A DNA stretch of 64,000 nt, taken from assembly GCA_963674705.1 (NCBI GenBank), contig OY771506.1, forward strand, positions 928,001 to 992,000, read 5' to 3'. Shown piece by piece: positions 48,414-58,924 of this stretch. The notes under the pieces are model-generated. The model was not told where the DNA came from. It worked only from the letters and a program-made list of their open reading frames with translations, and ran no database searches. The position numbers and the translations under genes are program-made. Position 1 is the first letter of the stretch. Every line of letters starts with the position of its first letter. Origin of the DNA: Phycisphaeraceae bacterium (GTDB taxonomy: Bacteria > Planctomycetota > Phycisphaerae > Phycisphaerales > Phycisphaeraceae).

Positions 48414-49949
48414 TTACGCCTTGAGTTGCGGGCGATCTGCTTCGGGCCAGTCGATGTGGTAGAACTGGCCTCGCTTCTTGTCGGTGCGTTCGTAGGTGTG
48501 GGCGCCGAAGTAGTCGCGTTGGCCTTGCAGGAGGTTGGCGGGCAGTACGGCGGAACGGTAGCCGTCGAAGTATGCCAGCGCTGACATGAACGCCGGGGTC
48601 GGCACGCCGTGCTCGGCCGAGAGCGCCACGACCTTGCGCCAGTTCTTCTGGCTGTCGTGCAGCGCTTTCTTGAAGTACGGATCGAGCATCAGGTTCTGCA
48701 GCTTCGGGTTCTTAGTGTAGGCCTCGGTGATCTTCTGGAGGAAGCGGGCGCGGATGATGCAGCCGCCGCGCCAGATCTTGGCGATCTTGCCGAAGTCGAG
48801 TTTCCAGTTGTATTCGTTCTGCGCTTCTGCGATGAGCTGGAAGCCCTGGGCGTAGGCGCAGATCTTCGAGCAGTAAAGCGCATCGTGGATGGCCTTGACG
48901 AGTGCGGGCTTTGAGCCTGTGTAACGCTTGCGCGGGCCCTTGAGCTGCTTGCTTGCGGCGACGCGCTCTTCCTTGATGGCGCTTAAGAACCGGGCGAACA
49001 CGGCCTCGGCGATCGCGTTGGCGGGGATGCCCATGTCCAGCGCGTTGCTTGCGGTCCATTTACCCGTGCCCTTTTGGCCTGCGGTATCGAGGATCTTGTC
49101 AACGAGGAAGCCCTTGGCGTTCTCGGGGTCGCGCTGCTGGAGGATGTCGGTGGTGATCTCGATGAGATAGCTGTCGAGGTCGCCCTTGTTCCACTTGCCG
49201 AAAACCTTGCTCATGTCCCCGGCGCTCATACCCAGAACATCTTTCATGAGCATGTAGGCTTCACAGATGAGCTGCATGTCGATGTATTCGATGCCGTTGT
49301 GCACCATCTTGACGTAGTGGCCCGCGCCGTCGGGACCGATGTGGAACGTGCAGGCTTCGCCCTTCTTGACGGGTTTGCCCGCTTCGTAATCTTCGTAAGG
49401 CTTGCCGGTCTTCTTGTCGACCTGCGCGGCGATGGCGGTCCAGATCGGCTTGAGACTCTTCCATGCTTCCTTCGAGCCGCCGGGCATAAGCGACGGGCCG
49501 AAGCGTGCGCCGAGTTCGCCGCCGGAGACACCGGAGCCGACGAAGTTGATGCCCTTCGCGGTCAGGTCTTTTTCGCGGCGGATGGTATCGGTCCACAGCG
49601 CGTTGCCGCCGTCGATCAGGATGTCGCCCTTCTCCAGGAGGGGTACGACCGAATCAATCGTGGCGTCGGTGCCTTTGCCGGCTTGGACGAGCATGATGAT
49701 CTTGCGCGGGCGCTTGATGCTTTGGACAAAATCCTTGAGCTTCTCGAAGCCGATGACGCGCTCGTGCGAGGGCTCGCGCTGTTTGCACTCGGCGATGAAG
49801 TCGGTCATCTTGCTGGTGGTTCGGTTGAACACCGAGACGGTGTAGCCGTGGTCGGCCATGTTAAGCACGAGGTTCTGGCCCATAACAGCCAGGCCGATCA
49901 GGCCGATGTCGGACTTGCTGCTAGCCGCGGTTTGCTTCTTCTTCGCCAT
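48414..49949 (-). CDS. gnd: 6-phosphogluconate dehydrogenase, decarboxylating
   Basis: [49 protein letters not shown] and [10 protein letters not shown] motifs. Confidence 0.97.
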   Translation of the reverse strand: MAKKKQTAASSKSDIGLIGLAVMGQNLVLNMADHGYTVSVFNRTTSKMTDFIAECKQREPSHERVIGFEKLKDFVQSIKRPRKIIMLVQAGKGTDATIDSVVPLLEKGDILIDGGNALWTDTIRREKDLTAKGINFVGSGVSGGELGARFGPSLMPGGSKEAWKSLKPIWTAIAAQVDKKTGKPYEDYEAGKPVKKGEACTFHIGPDGAGHYVKMVHNGIEYIDMQLICEAYMLMKDVLGMSAGDMSKVFGKWNKGDLDSYLIEITTDILQQRDPENAKGFLVDKILDTAGQKGTGKWTASNALDMGIPANAIAEAVFARFLSAIKEERVAASKQLKGPRKRYTGSKPALVKAIHDALYCSKICAYAQGFQLIAEAQNEYNWKLDFGKIAKIWRGGCIIRARFLQKITEAYTKNPKLQNLMLDPYFKKALHDSQKNWRKVVALSAEHGVPTPAFMSALAYFDGYRSAVLPANLLQGQRDYFGAHTYERTDKKRGQFYHIDWPEADRPQLKA

Positions 49950-50105
49950 GTCTGATTATCCGTTTCTGGTAGTAACTGGGGGTGCAACGTCTATGGACGC
50001 CAAGTGGGAAACGTCCGGGATAGAGTTAAACACTTTAAGCGAGATTGCCCGCCGGGGAAAGCGGCGTCGAGCCAAACGGCTTGAATTAATGGGGCGTGAA
50101 TAAAG

Positions 50106-50133
50106 AAAAAACCCGGTGAAATAACCGGGTTTT
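50106..50133 (-). terminator. Intrinsic terminator (possibly bidirectional)
   Basis: AAAAACCCGGT-GAAATA-ACCGGGTTTTT downstream of the DUF4139 genes. Confidence 0.7.
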
Positions 50134-50189
50134 GGAGTTTGCATTTGGCGACAGTGCCATGTCTTGAAAAGAAACGAATTATTATGAAT

Positions 50190-51608
50190 TTATTCCAGCC
50201 AGGGCACGGGCGCGGGGTCGTCGGCTTCGATCTCGACACGGTCCTGTTTCTGGTTGCTGCCCATCCGCTGGACCACTTCGTAAAACAGAGCCTCTTTTTC
50301 GCTCGGTTCGACGCGGGCGGCGTATTGCACGGTGTGTACGTCGTAACGGGTGGGTTTAAGCCTGCTGATAAAAACCGCGTCCCCACCGAAGGGGCGGCAG
50401 ATCTCGAGATCGATAGGTTTATCAGTGTAGTTGCGGATGCGTTGGGCGTAGACGGTGTGTTCGTCCCAGCCCTCGACCCGGCCGCGGTCTTCGATGCGTA
50501 TGCCCGGCTCGTCGAACTGTCGTCGGACGGCGGCGCCGATCGTGCCCCAGATGTTGTCGCGGAAAACGCGCAGGCTGATTAGTTCAAATACGACGTTCGG
50601 GTCGTTGCCGAGGTTCAACTCGATCTTGTCACCGATCGGGATGTACTTGATCCACTGCTGCGTGAGGTAGGAAAGCGGGCCGGATTCATTTTTGCGGAAC
50701 AGGCGCACGACGCCGTCGGGCAGCGGGCTCTCGCCGAGGCCGGACTTATCATCGTTGGTCAGCAGGAACATGCGAACGAGCTGGTCGCCGTATTCGTTGA
50801 GTCGATAGCGGTACTGCACCTTGATCGGCACTTCGCCGGCGTCGAAGCTGCGCATGCGCTTGGCCCAACGGTTCGGTACGGTTTCTGTGCCTTCAATCGT
50901 GAAGATGAAGTATTCGCTCAGGCCTTCCTTGACGATCTGTTTTTCTTCAGCCATGTCCGAGTCGGCAAACATCAACTCGGCCTCAACGACCGCGCTTTGA
51001 AGGGCTCTGCGGCGCAACATCCTCTTATCCGCCGGGCGACCCGCCATCGGCGGCGGGGCCACGCCCTGCTGCGCGAGTTGGGCGATCTTTTCTACAAGGT
51101 TAATCGTGCCGACGACCAGGCGCACCTGTGCGTTTTCGTAGTCTTCGCCGGAGTTGTTCGTGACGGTGACGAAGCCTTCCAGCCGCATGGTGGATTCATC
51201 GGGCTCGGCGATGCCGGTGTAGTCGGCGCTCCAGCTTATGCCGGAGGTGAAGTAGGTGATTTCGACCTTGGCTTCGCCGGAGAAGTCGCTGGCGACGTTC
51301 CAGTAAAGCATCTGGGGTTTGTCGTGCGGATAGGTCGTATCTAGCACGGTCAGTTCGTCCGGGCGGGTAAGGAACCTAAGCTCAACCGACGTAGGATCGA
51401 TCAGCGTGTTGGCCCAGGAAAACTGAAGCGAGTTGTTGCCTTGCTTGAAGGTTATCACGCGCGTCTCGCGGACGAGTGTGAGGTCTTCAGCATTATAGAT
51501 CGTCAGTTGCACGGTGTCGCGAGGGGGGACAGTCGAGAGGTCGATGTTCTTCGCGAACGTCGGCAGCGCGAAGCTGAGCATGAGTATCAGGGCAAGCAGG
51601 CGTTTCAT
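50190..51608 (-). CDS. Secreted DUF4139-like protein
   Basis: Signal peptide; LTIYN..LTLVRETR, IDPTSV, Y.TSGISWSADY, N.SGEDY.NA and PLPDGVVR motifs. Confidence 0.8.
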   Translation of the reverse strand: MKRLLALILMLSFALPTFAKNIDLSTVPPRDTVQLTIYNAEDLTLVRETRVITFKQGNNSLQFSWANTLIDPTSVELRFLTRPDELTVLDTTYPHDKPQMLYWNVASDFSGEAKVEITYFTSGISWSADYTGIAEPDESTMRLEGFVTVTNNSGEDYENAQVRLVVGTINLVEKIAQLAQQGVAPPPMAGRPADKRMLRRRALQSAVVEAELMFADSDMAEEKQIVKEGLSEYFIFTIEGTETVPNRWAKRMRSFDAGEVPIKVQYRYRLNEYGDQLVRMFLLTNDDKSGLGESPLPDGVVRLFRKNESGPLSYLTQQWIKYIPIGDKIELNLGNDPNVVFELISLRVFRDNIWGTIGAAVRRQFDEPGIRIEDRGRVEGWDEHTVYAQRIRNYTDKPIDLEICRPFGGDAVFISRLKPTRYDVHTVQYAARVEPSEKEALFYEVVQRMGSNQKQDRVEIEADDPAPVPWLE

Positions 51609-51692
51609 GGCTTGGTCCTCTGTGAATGAATGCGATGCGAAACTAGCAGACGCCCACGTTCGGCGAACGTGGGCTTCGGGGGTATCTATGCG

Positions 51693-52892
51693 TTAAAACT
51701 GATTGCGGAACACGAGGTGCAGCTTGTGCACGATCTTCTCTGCTTTATCGCCCTTGCGTGCGGGCAATTCGGTATGGAAGAGTATGCGCTGTTGGCTGGA
51801 CTCGTCCGGATCGGGCTTGCCTTGGAAGGTTGTCTGGTCGCCGATCAACCATTCGCTCTGCATGTTGGACGGGGCGCCCGCCTCCATCCGCACGCTGTTG
51901 ACATGTTCGGCGATGTCCAGCACAACTGGCGCATCCTTGAAGTTTTCGATCTCATACTTCACGACGACATCGTAATGCGACAGGTTCCCACCGACCTTCG
52001 TACGGTCGACCCGTTCGATGGTGCGTTTGACGACGATGTCCTGCGCGACGCCGAGGTAGAGCTTCATCTTGTCGTCGATGGGTGTGAACTGGCCCCAGTC
52101 TTCGCCGGTGAACGCGGTGGTGCCGGCGCTGTCTTTCTGGAAGATGCGGACCTTGCCGTAGGGTAGAGCCGCATCACCGAGCTTGTGGTCTTTATCATTG
52201 ACAAGGACGTAGTGCATCGGCACGCGAACCTTCTTCTGAGCAAGATCGAGGTAGCCGAATTGTGCGAGGTCGCAGGTGTAGGTCTTCTTGATCGGGACGC
52301 CGGGTACTTTTTCGAGCAGGATTTCTTTTGTTTCGTTGAGCCCGATGGGTTTGCTGAAGTTGCCGCCGAAGCCCGCGGTGATCTGCGTGTCTTCATATTG
52401 TTCGTTGGCAAAGTTTTGTACGCGGATGTACTTAGAAAGCGTCAGCGTTGACTCGTCGCGTTCGGCAACCGCGCGGTAGTTGTAGCTTTTATCCAGACCG
52501 CCCAGCAGGTAGCTGATGCGTACGCGCACCGGACCGGAGTGTGAACTGGAGATATCCCAGATAAGGGCGTTTTCGCCGGGCGGGTAGTTGACGCTTAAAA
52601 CATTCACCTCAGGCGCTTTGCCGGAGACGCGCCCTTCGTACCCGATGACGCGGAACACGATCGTGCCGGGATCGATGTTCGTGTTCGCCCAGGAGAAGTC
52701 GACCTGGTTCGTGCCGGCGACAAGCGGGACGATGCGTTCTTCCTCGACCAGCGTCGCGTCTGCATGATCGAGTTGCACCTCGACACGCTCACGCACCGGC
52801 AGCGTGATGAGTTTAACCCGTGCAAGTGTCACCGTCGGCAATACCAGCGCAATCAACAAGGCCGGGATCGGCCACAACATCTTTTGTCTCAT
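51693..52892 (-). CDS. Secreted DUF4139-like protein (paralog)
   Basis: Signal peptide from ATG 52892; TLVEEER, FSWANTNIDP, ISYLLGG and LPYGKVRIFQ motifs. Confidence 0.78.
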   Translation of the reverse strand: MRQKMLWPIPALLIALVLPTVTLARVKLITLPVRERVEVQLDHADATLVEEERIVPLVAGTNQVDFSWANTNIDPGTIVFRVIGYEGRVSGKAPEVNVLSVNYPPGENALIWDISSSHSGPVRVRISYLLGGLDKSYNYRAVAERDESTLTLSKYIRVQNFANEQYEDTQITAGFGGNFSKPIGLNETKEILLEKVPGVPIKKTYTCDLAQFGYLDLAQKKVRVPMHYVLVNDKDHKLGDAALPYGKVRIFQKDSAGTTAFTGEDWGQFTPIDDKMKLYLGVAQDIVVKRTIERVDRTKVGGNLSHYDVVVKYEIENFKDAPVVLDIAEHVNSVRMEAGAPSNMQSEWLIGDQTTFQGKPDPDESSQQRILFHTELPARKGDKAEKIVHKLHLVFRNQF

Positions 52893-53071
52893 GATAAAGC
52901 TCCCGTGTTTGGGCAATGTCACCCGACTGAGTATAGACGAATGAGGATGTGGGTTGTTCCAGGGGGAATTGGGGAATTTTAAAATCAGAAAAGCAGGAAA
53001 ACAGAAAAGCAGAAAATACGAGCCCCCTATACCGAATATTGTTCGAGCTTTAGAATCTAATTTTCTGCTTT

Positions 53072-54481
53072 TTACCCCCACCCCAGCAGCCGTGCGGCCT
53101 GGGCGACGACGAAACAGACCGCGAAGGCGATCGCCAGTGGGCCCAGGGTGGCCAGCGTGGTCCAGCGTAGGCTACGGGTTTCTTTCCAGATCGTGATGAT
53201 CGTGGTCGCACAGGGGTTGTGCAACAGCGAGAAGAGCATGAGGTTGATCGCAGTAAGCATCGTCCAGCCGTGCTGATCGACCAGTACGTGGCGGAGGTGA
53301 TCCTGCGAGACGTCCTCGGTCATCATGCCCGTGCCGAGGTAGACCATAAGCATGGTAGGCACAACGATTTCGTTGGCGGGGATGGCGATGATGTAGGCGA
53401 GCAGGATCACGCCATCGAGCCCGAACACGTGGCCGAACGGATCGAGGAAGTCGGAGATGTGTGTTGCCAGTGATGCATCGGCGACGTTGATGTTGCCCAG
53501 CAGCCAGATGGCCGCACCGGCGGGCGCCGCGGTGGCGATGGCGCGCATCAACACGAAGAACGTGCGGTCGATCAGGGACGTGTAGATGATGCGCGGGATG
53601 TTGGGCCGACGGTAGGACGGCATCTCGAGCGTGAACGCGGAGGCCTCGCCCTTGAGCACAGTCCGCGATAAGAACGCTGAGACGATCAGCGTGGTAATTA
53701 CACCAATGACGACGATGGTCAGCACGGTGCCCGCCGCGATCGCTGAGGCGACGGTTGCGTTGTGGCCCGCCGCGACGAAAACGATCGCGATCATAATGAG
53801 CGTGGGGAATCGGCCGTTGCAGGGAACGAAGTTGTTGGTGAGGATCGCGATCAGGCGCTCGCGCGGCGAATCGATCACACGACAGGCGATCACGCCGGCG
53901 GCGTTACAGCCGAAGCCCATACTCATGGTCAGTGCCTGCTTGCCATGGCCGCCCGCTTTCTTAAATAGCCAGTCGAGGTTGAACGCGACGCGCGGCAGGT
54001 AGCCGAGGTCTTCGAGGATCGTAAAACATGGGAAGAAAATCGCCATCGGCGGGAGCATCACAGCGATGACCCACGCAAGCCCGCGATAAGTGCCGTGCCA
54101 GACGAAACCGGTGAGCCACCACGGCGCACCGAGCCAATTGAATAATGCTGCGCCTTTCGCTTCTACCCAGAACAAACCGGTCGCGAGCAACTCGGATGGG
54201 TAATTCGCGCCGACGATCGTCATCCAGAAGATCAGCCCGAGCAGCAGGATCATCAGGGGCAAGCCGAAGATCGGCGAGAGCACGATCTTGTCGATGAACA
54301 GGTCCAGGTCAAAGCGTTTGCCTACGCCACGCCTGACACTGCGGCCGGCGATGTCGGTGGCGTCGCGATAGATGCTTTCCACGACGCGGTCGCGGAAGCC
54401 TTCACCCAATGTGTGGCGCACACCTTCCGTGGCTTGCAGCAGATCGGCGACGGGTCTGGGCGCATAAGGGTCCAACTTCAT
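53072..54481 (-). CDS. feoB: Ferrous iron transporter FeoB, membrane (gate) half
   Basis: LEDLGYLPRVAF, GFGCNAAG, SPRER, VPCNGR, LEMPSYR and PANEIVV, PC motifs. Confidence 0.9.
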   Translation of the reverse strand: MKLDPYAPRPVADLLQATEGVRHTLGEGFRDRVVESIYRDATDIAGRSVRRGVGKRFDLDLFIDKIVLSPIFGLPLMILLLGLIFWMTIVGANYPSELLATGLFWVEAKGAALFNWLGAPWWLTGFVWHGTYRGLAWVIAVMLPPMAIFFPCFTILEDLGYLPRVAFNLDWLFKKAGGHGKQALTMSMGFGCNAAGVIACRVIDSPRERLIAILTNNFVPCNGRFPTLIMIAIVFVAAGHNATVASAIAAGTVLTIVVIGVITTLIVSAFLSRTVLKGEASAFTLEMPSYRRPNIPRIIYTSLIDRTFFVLMRAIATAAPAGAAIWLLGNINVADASLATHISDFLDPFGHVFGLDGVILLAYIIAIPANEIVVPTMLMVYLGTGMMTEDVSQDHLRHVLVDQHGWTMLTAINLMLFSLLHNPCATTIITIWKETRSLRWTTLATLGPLAIAFAVCFVVAQAARLLGWG

Positions 54482-55281
54482 TGCGAACCCTCCAGCGCCA
54501 TCTTTCGGCTGAAGCGTTCGGTGGGTGCTTTCTGCTTTTCTGCAATCTGTGAGAGTTCGCCATCAATCAACGACTCGCGCACGCGCCAGTCGCCATCCAA
54601 TAGACGCATCGCGACCCAGCGCGCGTTCGGTAAACCCGGAGCGATTTCTTGAATCTTGGGCACCAGTTGATCCAATGCGTTGTTAACCTCGTCGCCGAGA
54701 TCGACGTGGTGCGCGTGTGTTTCGATTTCGCCGTTGATGACACCCGCTACCGTTTCGACCAGATATGACAAGCCGCGGCCGGAGCGCGCAGTCGCTGTCA
54801 CGACGGGTACGCCGAGGTCTTGCGATAACTGCTCGGCATCGATCTCGATACCTTTGCGCTTGGCTTCATCCATCAGGTTGACGCAAACCACGACTCGGTC
54901 GCTGATCTCAAGCACTTGCAGTATGAGGTTCAGGTTACGTTCGAGGCAGGTGGCGTCGGCGACGACGACGGTGCAGTCGGGCTGGCCGAAGAGAATGAAG
55001 TCGCGTGCGATCTGTTCGTCTTCAGAAGCGGACAGCAGCGAGTAGGTGCCGGGCAGGTCGACGAGTTTGTATGTTTTGTTGTCGTGGGTGAACCGGCCCT
55101 CAGCACGGGCGACGGTTTTGCCGGGCCAGTTGCCGGTGTGTTGACGCATGCCGGTCAGGGCGTTGAAGACGGTGCTTTTGCCGGTGTTCGGGTTGCCGGC
55201 GAGCGCGACGACGCCGTCGAAGTTTACGGGCGTTTGTCCATCGGCTGCGCCGCAGGTATTGCAGGTATCGCAGCTACTCAT
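54478..55281 (-). CDS. feoB: FeoB GTPase half (separate ORF)
   Basis: G1 GNPNTGKS, GNWPGKTV, G3 DLPGTYSL and G4 variant NLMDE; stop overlaps the next ATG (ATGA). Confidence 0.9.
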   Translation of the reverse strand: MSSCDTCNTCGAADGQTPVNFDGVVALAGNPNTGKSTVFNALTGMRQHTGNWPGKTVARAEGRFTHDNKTYKLVDLPGTYSLLSASEDEQIARDFILFGQPDCTVVVADATCLERNLNLILQVLEISDRVVVCVNLMDEAKRKGIEIDAEQLSQDLGVPVVTATARSGRGLSYLVETVAGVINGEIETHAHHVDLGDEVNNALDQLVPKIQEIAPGLPNARWVAMRLLDGDWRVRESLIDGELSQIAEKQKAPTERFSRKMALEGSQ

Positions 55282-56306
55282 GACGCTACCCCCGTCCTGC
55301 TTTCAACATTGGCCGGCGCCGCTTCGATCAGGACTTTGTCTGCTTGTTCACGGCGGAGTGCGACCAGTGTGCCGCGTACGCGATAGGCTTTGGGATCGCG
55401 GAACATGCTTTGCCGTTCGGCGCGGATCGGTGTGCCGGGTGTCAGGCCGAGGTCAAGCAAACGCCTGCGATGAAAACCGCGCAGGCTCGGGTCGAATCCG
55501 CTGATGATCCCGTCCTGCTGATATGTCAGGGCGCTAAGCCGACGCACATCCGGCTGAACTTGCACCTCGGGTTTGACCGCATCGACGTACACATTACCCG
55601 CGATGACCGGCGGGACGACGCATTGGCGGTCATCAAAGGAAACCTGCAAGCCTTCGGAGGTCGCGCCATCGACGACCACGGTCTGCCCAGGAAGTAAGCC
55701 CAGGGCGATGATCTGGTTGAACACGCTGGGGGGCTCGTCTTCGAGGTGCGTGATGCGTGCGGCTTTGCCGCAGGGCCAGTCGGTGAGTGGTTTGCCGGCG
55801 AGCGCAGCGAGTCGGCCGTCGGCGGTGGGGATCGGGTCGCCGTGCGGGTCGTGACGTGGATGGCCCAGCGCGGCGTCGAGTTGGTCGACCTGTCTGCCAT
55901 CGCGTTGATGTTCGCGACGGTTGGCCTCGGCGTGGACACGGCTTAAAGGCATACCCGCCTCGTCCGCCAAGTATCGTTCCCACAAACGGTGGGCACGGAT
56001 CACGCTGACCGCAAGTTGTTTGCCGTCTTCGGTCAGTTCCAGACCTTTTGAGGTGGAGCGGATCAGGCCGTGCCGTTCGACATCCTCGATCACCTTAACG
56101 GCCCGGTGTGTCGACCAGCCGATCGCCCCAGCCGCGGAAGCAGCGGACGCGGCCTGCCCCTGCTGCTGACACGCGTGGATGTGCTTGAGCAGGTCTTCGA
56201 CGGCGTGGCGCTTCCGGCGTTGCGAGAAGCCGGAGAGCCAGCCCAGCAGGCGCCTGTAGCCTTTGGGTGGTGGGTTAACCGAATTTTGATTAGTCAAAGT
56301 TGCCAT
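55278..56306 (-). CDS. DtxR/MntR-like regulator fused to two FeoA domains
   Basis: EDLLK, RAHRLWERYL, EH and DPHGDPIP, then ALGLLPG and LLDLGLTPGT..DP.AYRVRGTLVALR FeoA motifs. Confidence 0.87.
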   Translation of the reverse strand: MATLTNQNSVNPPPKGYRRLLGWLSGFSQRRKRHAVEDLLKHIHACQQQGQAASAASAAGAIGWSTHRAVKVIEDVERHGLIRSTSKGLELTEDGKQLAVSVIRAHRLWERYLADEAGMPLSRVHAEANRREHQRDGRQVDQLDAALGHPRHDPHGDPIPTADGRLAALAGKPLTDWPCGKAARITHLEDEPPSVFNQIIALGLLPGQTVVVDGATSEGLQVSFDDRQCVVPPVIAGNVYVDAVKPEVQVQPDVRRLSALTYQQDGIISGFDPSLRGFHRRRLLDLGLTPGTPIRAERQSMFRDPKAYRVRGTLVALRREQADKVLIEAAPANVESRTGVAS

Positions 56307-56509
56307 TTCGATAGTACGATATAATCTATGGGGCATAAGTCAAGCGCCTGGATATAAAGTCGGCCCAAAGAAGGTGGATATGCCTGTTTTATGCCGGGAT
56401 AGCCGGATACCTGGCCCGCCGGATCCCCCCGGACCTTCGCTCCGCTCAGGACCGGCGTTGGATGGATGTGACTGACCAGACCCTGAACCCCAGAGCCTAG
56501 ACCCTAACT

Positions 56510-57172
56510 ATGCCCACAAGTACTGTTGAAGACTACCTTAAACAGCTCTACCTGCTGCAACAGGGCGGGGACCTGGTGCCGATGGGCAAACTCGCGACGG
56601 CGGTCGGCGTGACACCCGGGACGGCGACGTCCATGGTCAAGACGCTCAGCGAAGCGAACCTGGCGGAGTACGAACCGCGGGCAGGTGTGCGGCTGACGCC
56701 GTCCGGGATGAAGCTGGCGCTACAGGTGCTGCGCCGGCATCGACTGGTTGAGCTATTCCTCGTGCAGACGCTGGGACTCGACTGGTCGGAAGTTCATGAT
56801 GAGGCGGAGGAATTGGAGCACGCGATCTCGGACAAGGTGCTTGAGAAGATCGACCTCCTGCTGGGCCATCCCGATACCGACCCGCACGGCGACCCGATCC
56901 CCCCCGCTTCCGGCAGCAGGCCCAGGAATCAGAAACTCACGCCTTTGAATCAGTGCGCGGTTGACAGTATCGCGTGCGTTGCACGCATTACCGACCAGGG
57001 CGTCGACTACCTGCAATTCATCGACCGCCACGGCCTGATGCCCGGCGCGCGATTCACCGTCATCTCGCACACACTATCCGCCGACGCCATCACCGTTCAA
57101 CCAGACGGATGTGATCCCGTCACACTCGGATCGTCCGCGGCGATGAAGATTATGGTGAAGGTGGAGGAATAG
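56510..57172 (+). CDS. DtxR/MntR family metal-dependent regulator with a FeoA-like C-domain
   Basis: VEDYLK, RRHRLVELFL, VHDEAEELEH and DPHGDPIP motifs. Confidence 0.92.
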   Translation: MPTSTVEDYLKQLYLLQQGGDLVPMGKLATAVGVTPGTATSMVKTLSEANLAEYEPRAGVRLTPSGMKLALQVLRRHRLVELFLVQTLGLDWSEVHDEAEELEHAISDKVLEKIDLLLGHPDTDPHGDPIPPASGSRPRNQKLTPLNQCAVDSIACVARITDQGVDYLQFIDRHGLMPGARFTVISHTLSADAITVQPDGCDPVTLGSSAAMKIMVKVEE

Positions 57173-57344
57173 TGGTTAATGTCGAATGCGCGAATGTCGA
57201 ATGACGAAAGAATGTCGAATGCTCAAATAACAAATCAGTTAGCTTTTTTGACATTTGTCATTGAGGTATTCTTTCGACATTCGTGGATTCGTCATTCGTG
57301 CATTCTCAGGGCTCGCCCTCTTGACTTCTTAAATAGAGAAGTGG

Positions 57345-58862
57345 TCATCCCCGCAGTTTTTGGATAATCATCTGCGTGACGAGTTTGGGATTGGCCTGGC
57401 CCTTGCTGAGTTTCATGATCTGGCCCATCAGAGCGCCGACGGCTTTGTCTTTGCCCCCCCGGATATCTTCGATGGCTTTACTATTCTTTGAATCGGCGAG
57501 CACCTGGTCGACGAAGCCTTCCAGTGCGCCGGTGTCGGAGACCTGGAGCAGGCCTTGTTTTTCGGCGAGTGCTTCGGCGCTTTCATCGCTATCACAGCAG
57601 TAGGCGAAGAGGTCGGCGGCGGCGCTGGAGCCGATTTTGTCGGCAGCGGACAGGTCGGCGATGCCTTTGATCTGTTCGGCGGTGATGCCCAGTTCGTGCA
57701 CGCCGAGGTCACGTTCGTTGGCGAGTTTGGCTCCGTAGTTCAGGAGCATGGCAGCGGCGCGCTTGGCGTCCGTGCCGGCTTCGACACAGGCATCGAACAG
57801 GCGCGTCATGCCGGGCTCATCGAGGATCGTCGTGGCGTCGACATCAGAAAGCTTGAAGTCCGTGGTGTAGCGTTTTCGCTTGGCTTCGGGCAGTTCGCCG
57901 ACGGTTGCCTTGATATCGTTGAGCCGATCTTCATCGATCACGACGCTGACAAGGTCGGGGTCGGGGAAGTAGCGGTACTCATCGGCGTCTTCTTTTTCGC
58001 GCTGCGGGGTGGTGACACCTTTAGCATCATCCCAGCCTCGCGTGCTCTTGGCGCGGGCGCCCATCACCTTGCCGGTCTTGAGCCATTCTTCGACCTGGCG
58101 TTTATATTCGTGCGAGATCGCGCCGTGGACGGCTTTGAACGAGTTGAGGTTTTTAATCTCGACGACGGGTGTCTTGTAAACCTGGCCGTCCTTCTCGATG
58201 TGGACGTTGATGTTGGGTTCGAATCGCATGTGCCCGCGCTGCATGTCGCCCTCTGACACGCCGAGGTGCCGGCAGATATGGCGCAGCATTTGACCGAACG
58301 TGACGGCTTCATCGGGTGTGCGGAAGTCGGGTTCGGTGACGATTTCCAATAGCGGCGTGCCCGCGCGGTTCAGGTCGACAATCGAGTGGTCAATGGGGAT
58401 ACCGCCCGGCGCTTCGTGCATGAGTTTGCCGGCATCCTCTTCGAGGTGGGCACGCGTGATACGGATCGTACGCTTGTTGTCCGGATCGCTGCCGTCACCT
58501 GCGGGGATTTCCAGTGCGCCTTCGCCACAGAGCGGTTCATCGTACTGGCTGATCTGGTAGTTCTTGGGCAGGTCGGGGTAGTAGTAGCTCTTGCGGTCCC
58601 ACTTGGTTTTCTTCGCGATTTTGCAGCCCAGGGCCAGCCCGACGCGGACGGACATCTCGACGGCCTGTGCATTCATCACCGGCAACACGCCGGGCATGCC
58701 GATCACGACCGGGTCGAGCAGTGTATTGGGTTCGGCTTCGAAGTAATCTTTATGGGCAACGTTGGGGGCGCTGGTCCACATCTTGGAACGCGTAGCGAGT
58801 TCGACGTGGATTTCCATCCCGACAACGAGGGTGGTCTTTAAATCAGCAGGTGCGGTAGGCAT
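57345..58862 (-). CDS. gatB: Asp/Glu-tRNA amidotransferase subunit B
   Basis: GMEIHVEL, YPDLPKNYQISQ, HLEEDAGK, DLNRAGTPLLEIVTEPD, YRYFPDPDL and GQANP motifs. Confidence 0.97.
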   Translation of the reverse strand: MPTAPADLKTTLVVGMEIHVELATRSKMWTSAPNVAHKDYFEAEPNTLLDPVVIGMPGVLPVMNAQAVEMSVRVGLALGCKIAKKTKWDRKSYYYPDLPKNYQISQYDEPLCGEGALEIPAGDGSDPDNKRTIRITRAHLEEDAGKLMHEAPGGIPIDHSIVDLNRAGTPLLEIVTEPDFRTPDEAVTFGQMLRHICRHLGVSEGDMQRGHMRFEPNINVHIEKDGQVYKTPVVEIKNLNSFKAVHGAISHEYKRQVEEWLKTGKVMGARAKSTRGWDDAKGVTTPQREKEDADEYRYFPDPDLVSVVIDEDRLNDIKATVGELPEAKRKRYTTDFKLSDVDATTILDEPGMTRLFDACVEAGTDAKRAAAMLLNYGAKLANERDLGVHELGITAEQIKGIADLSAADKIGSSAAADLFAYCCDSDESAEALAEKQGLLQVSDTGALEGFVDQVLADSKNSKAIEDIRGGKDKAVGALMGQIMKLSKGQANPKLVTQMIIQKLRG

Positions 58863-58924
58863 GGGGTGGTCAGGGTGTAGGGTGTAGGGTGTTCGGATTT
58901 TATCTTAACGGCGGGATCTAATTT

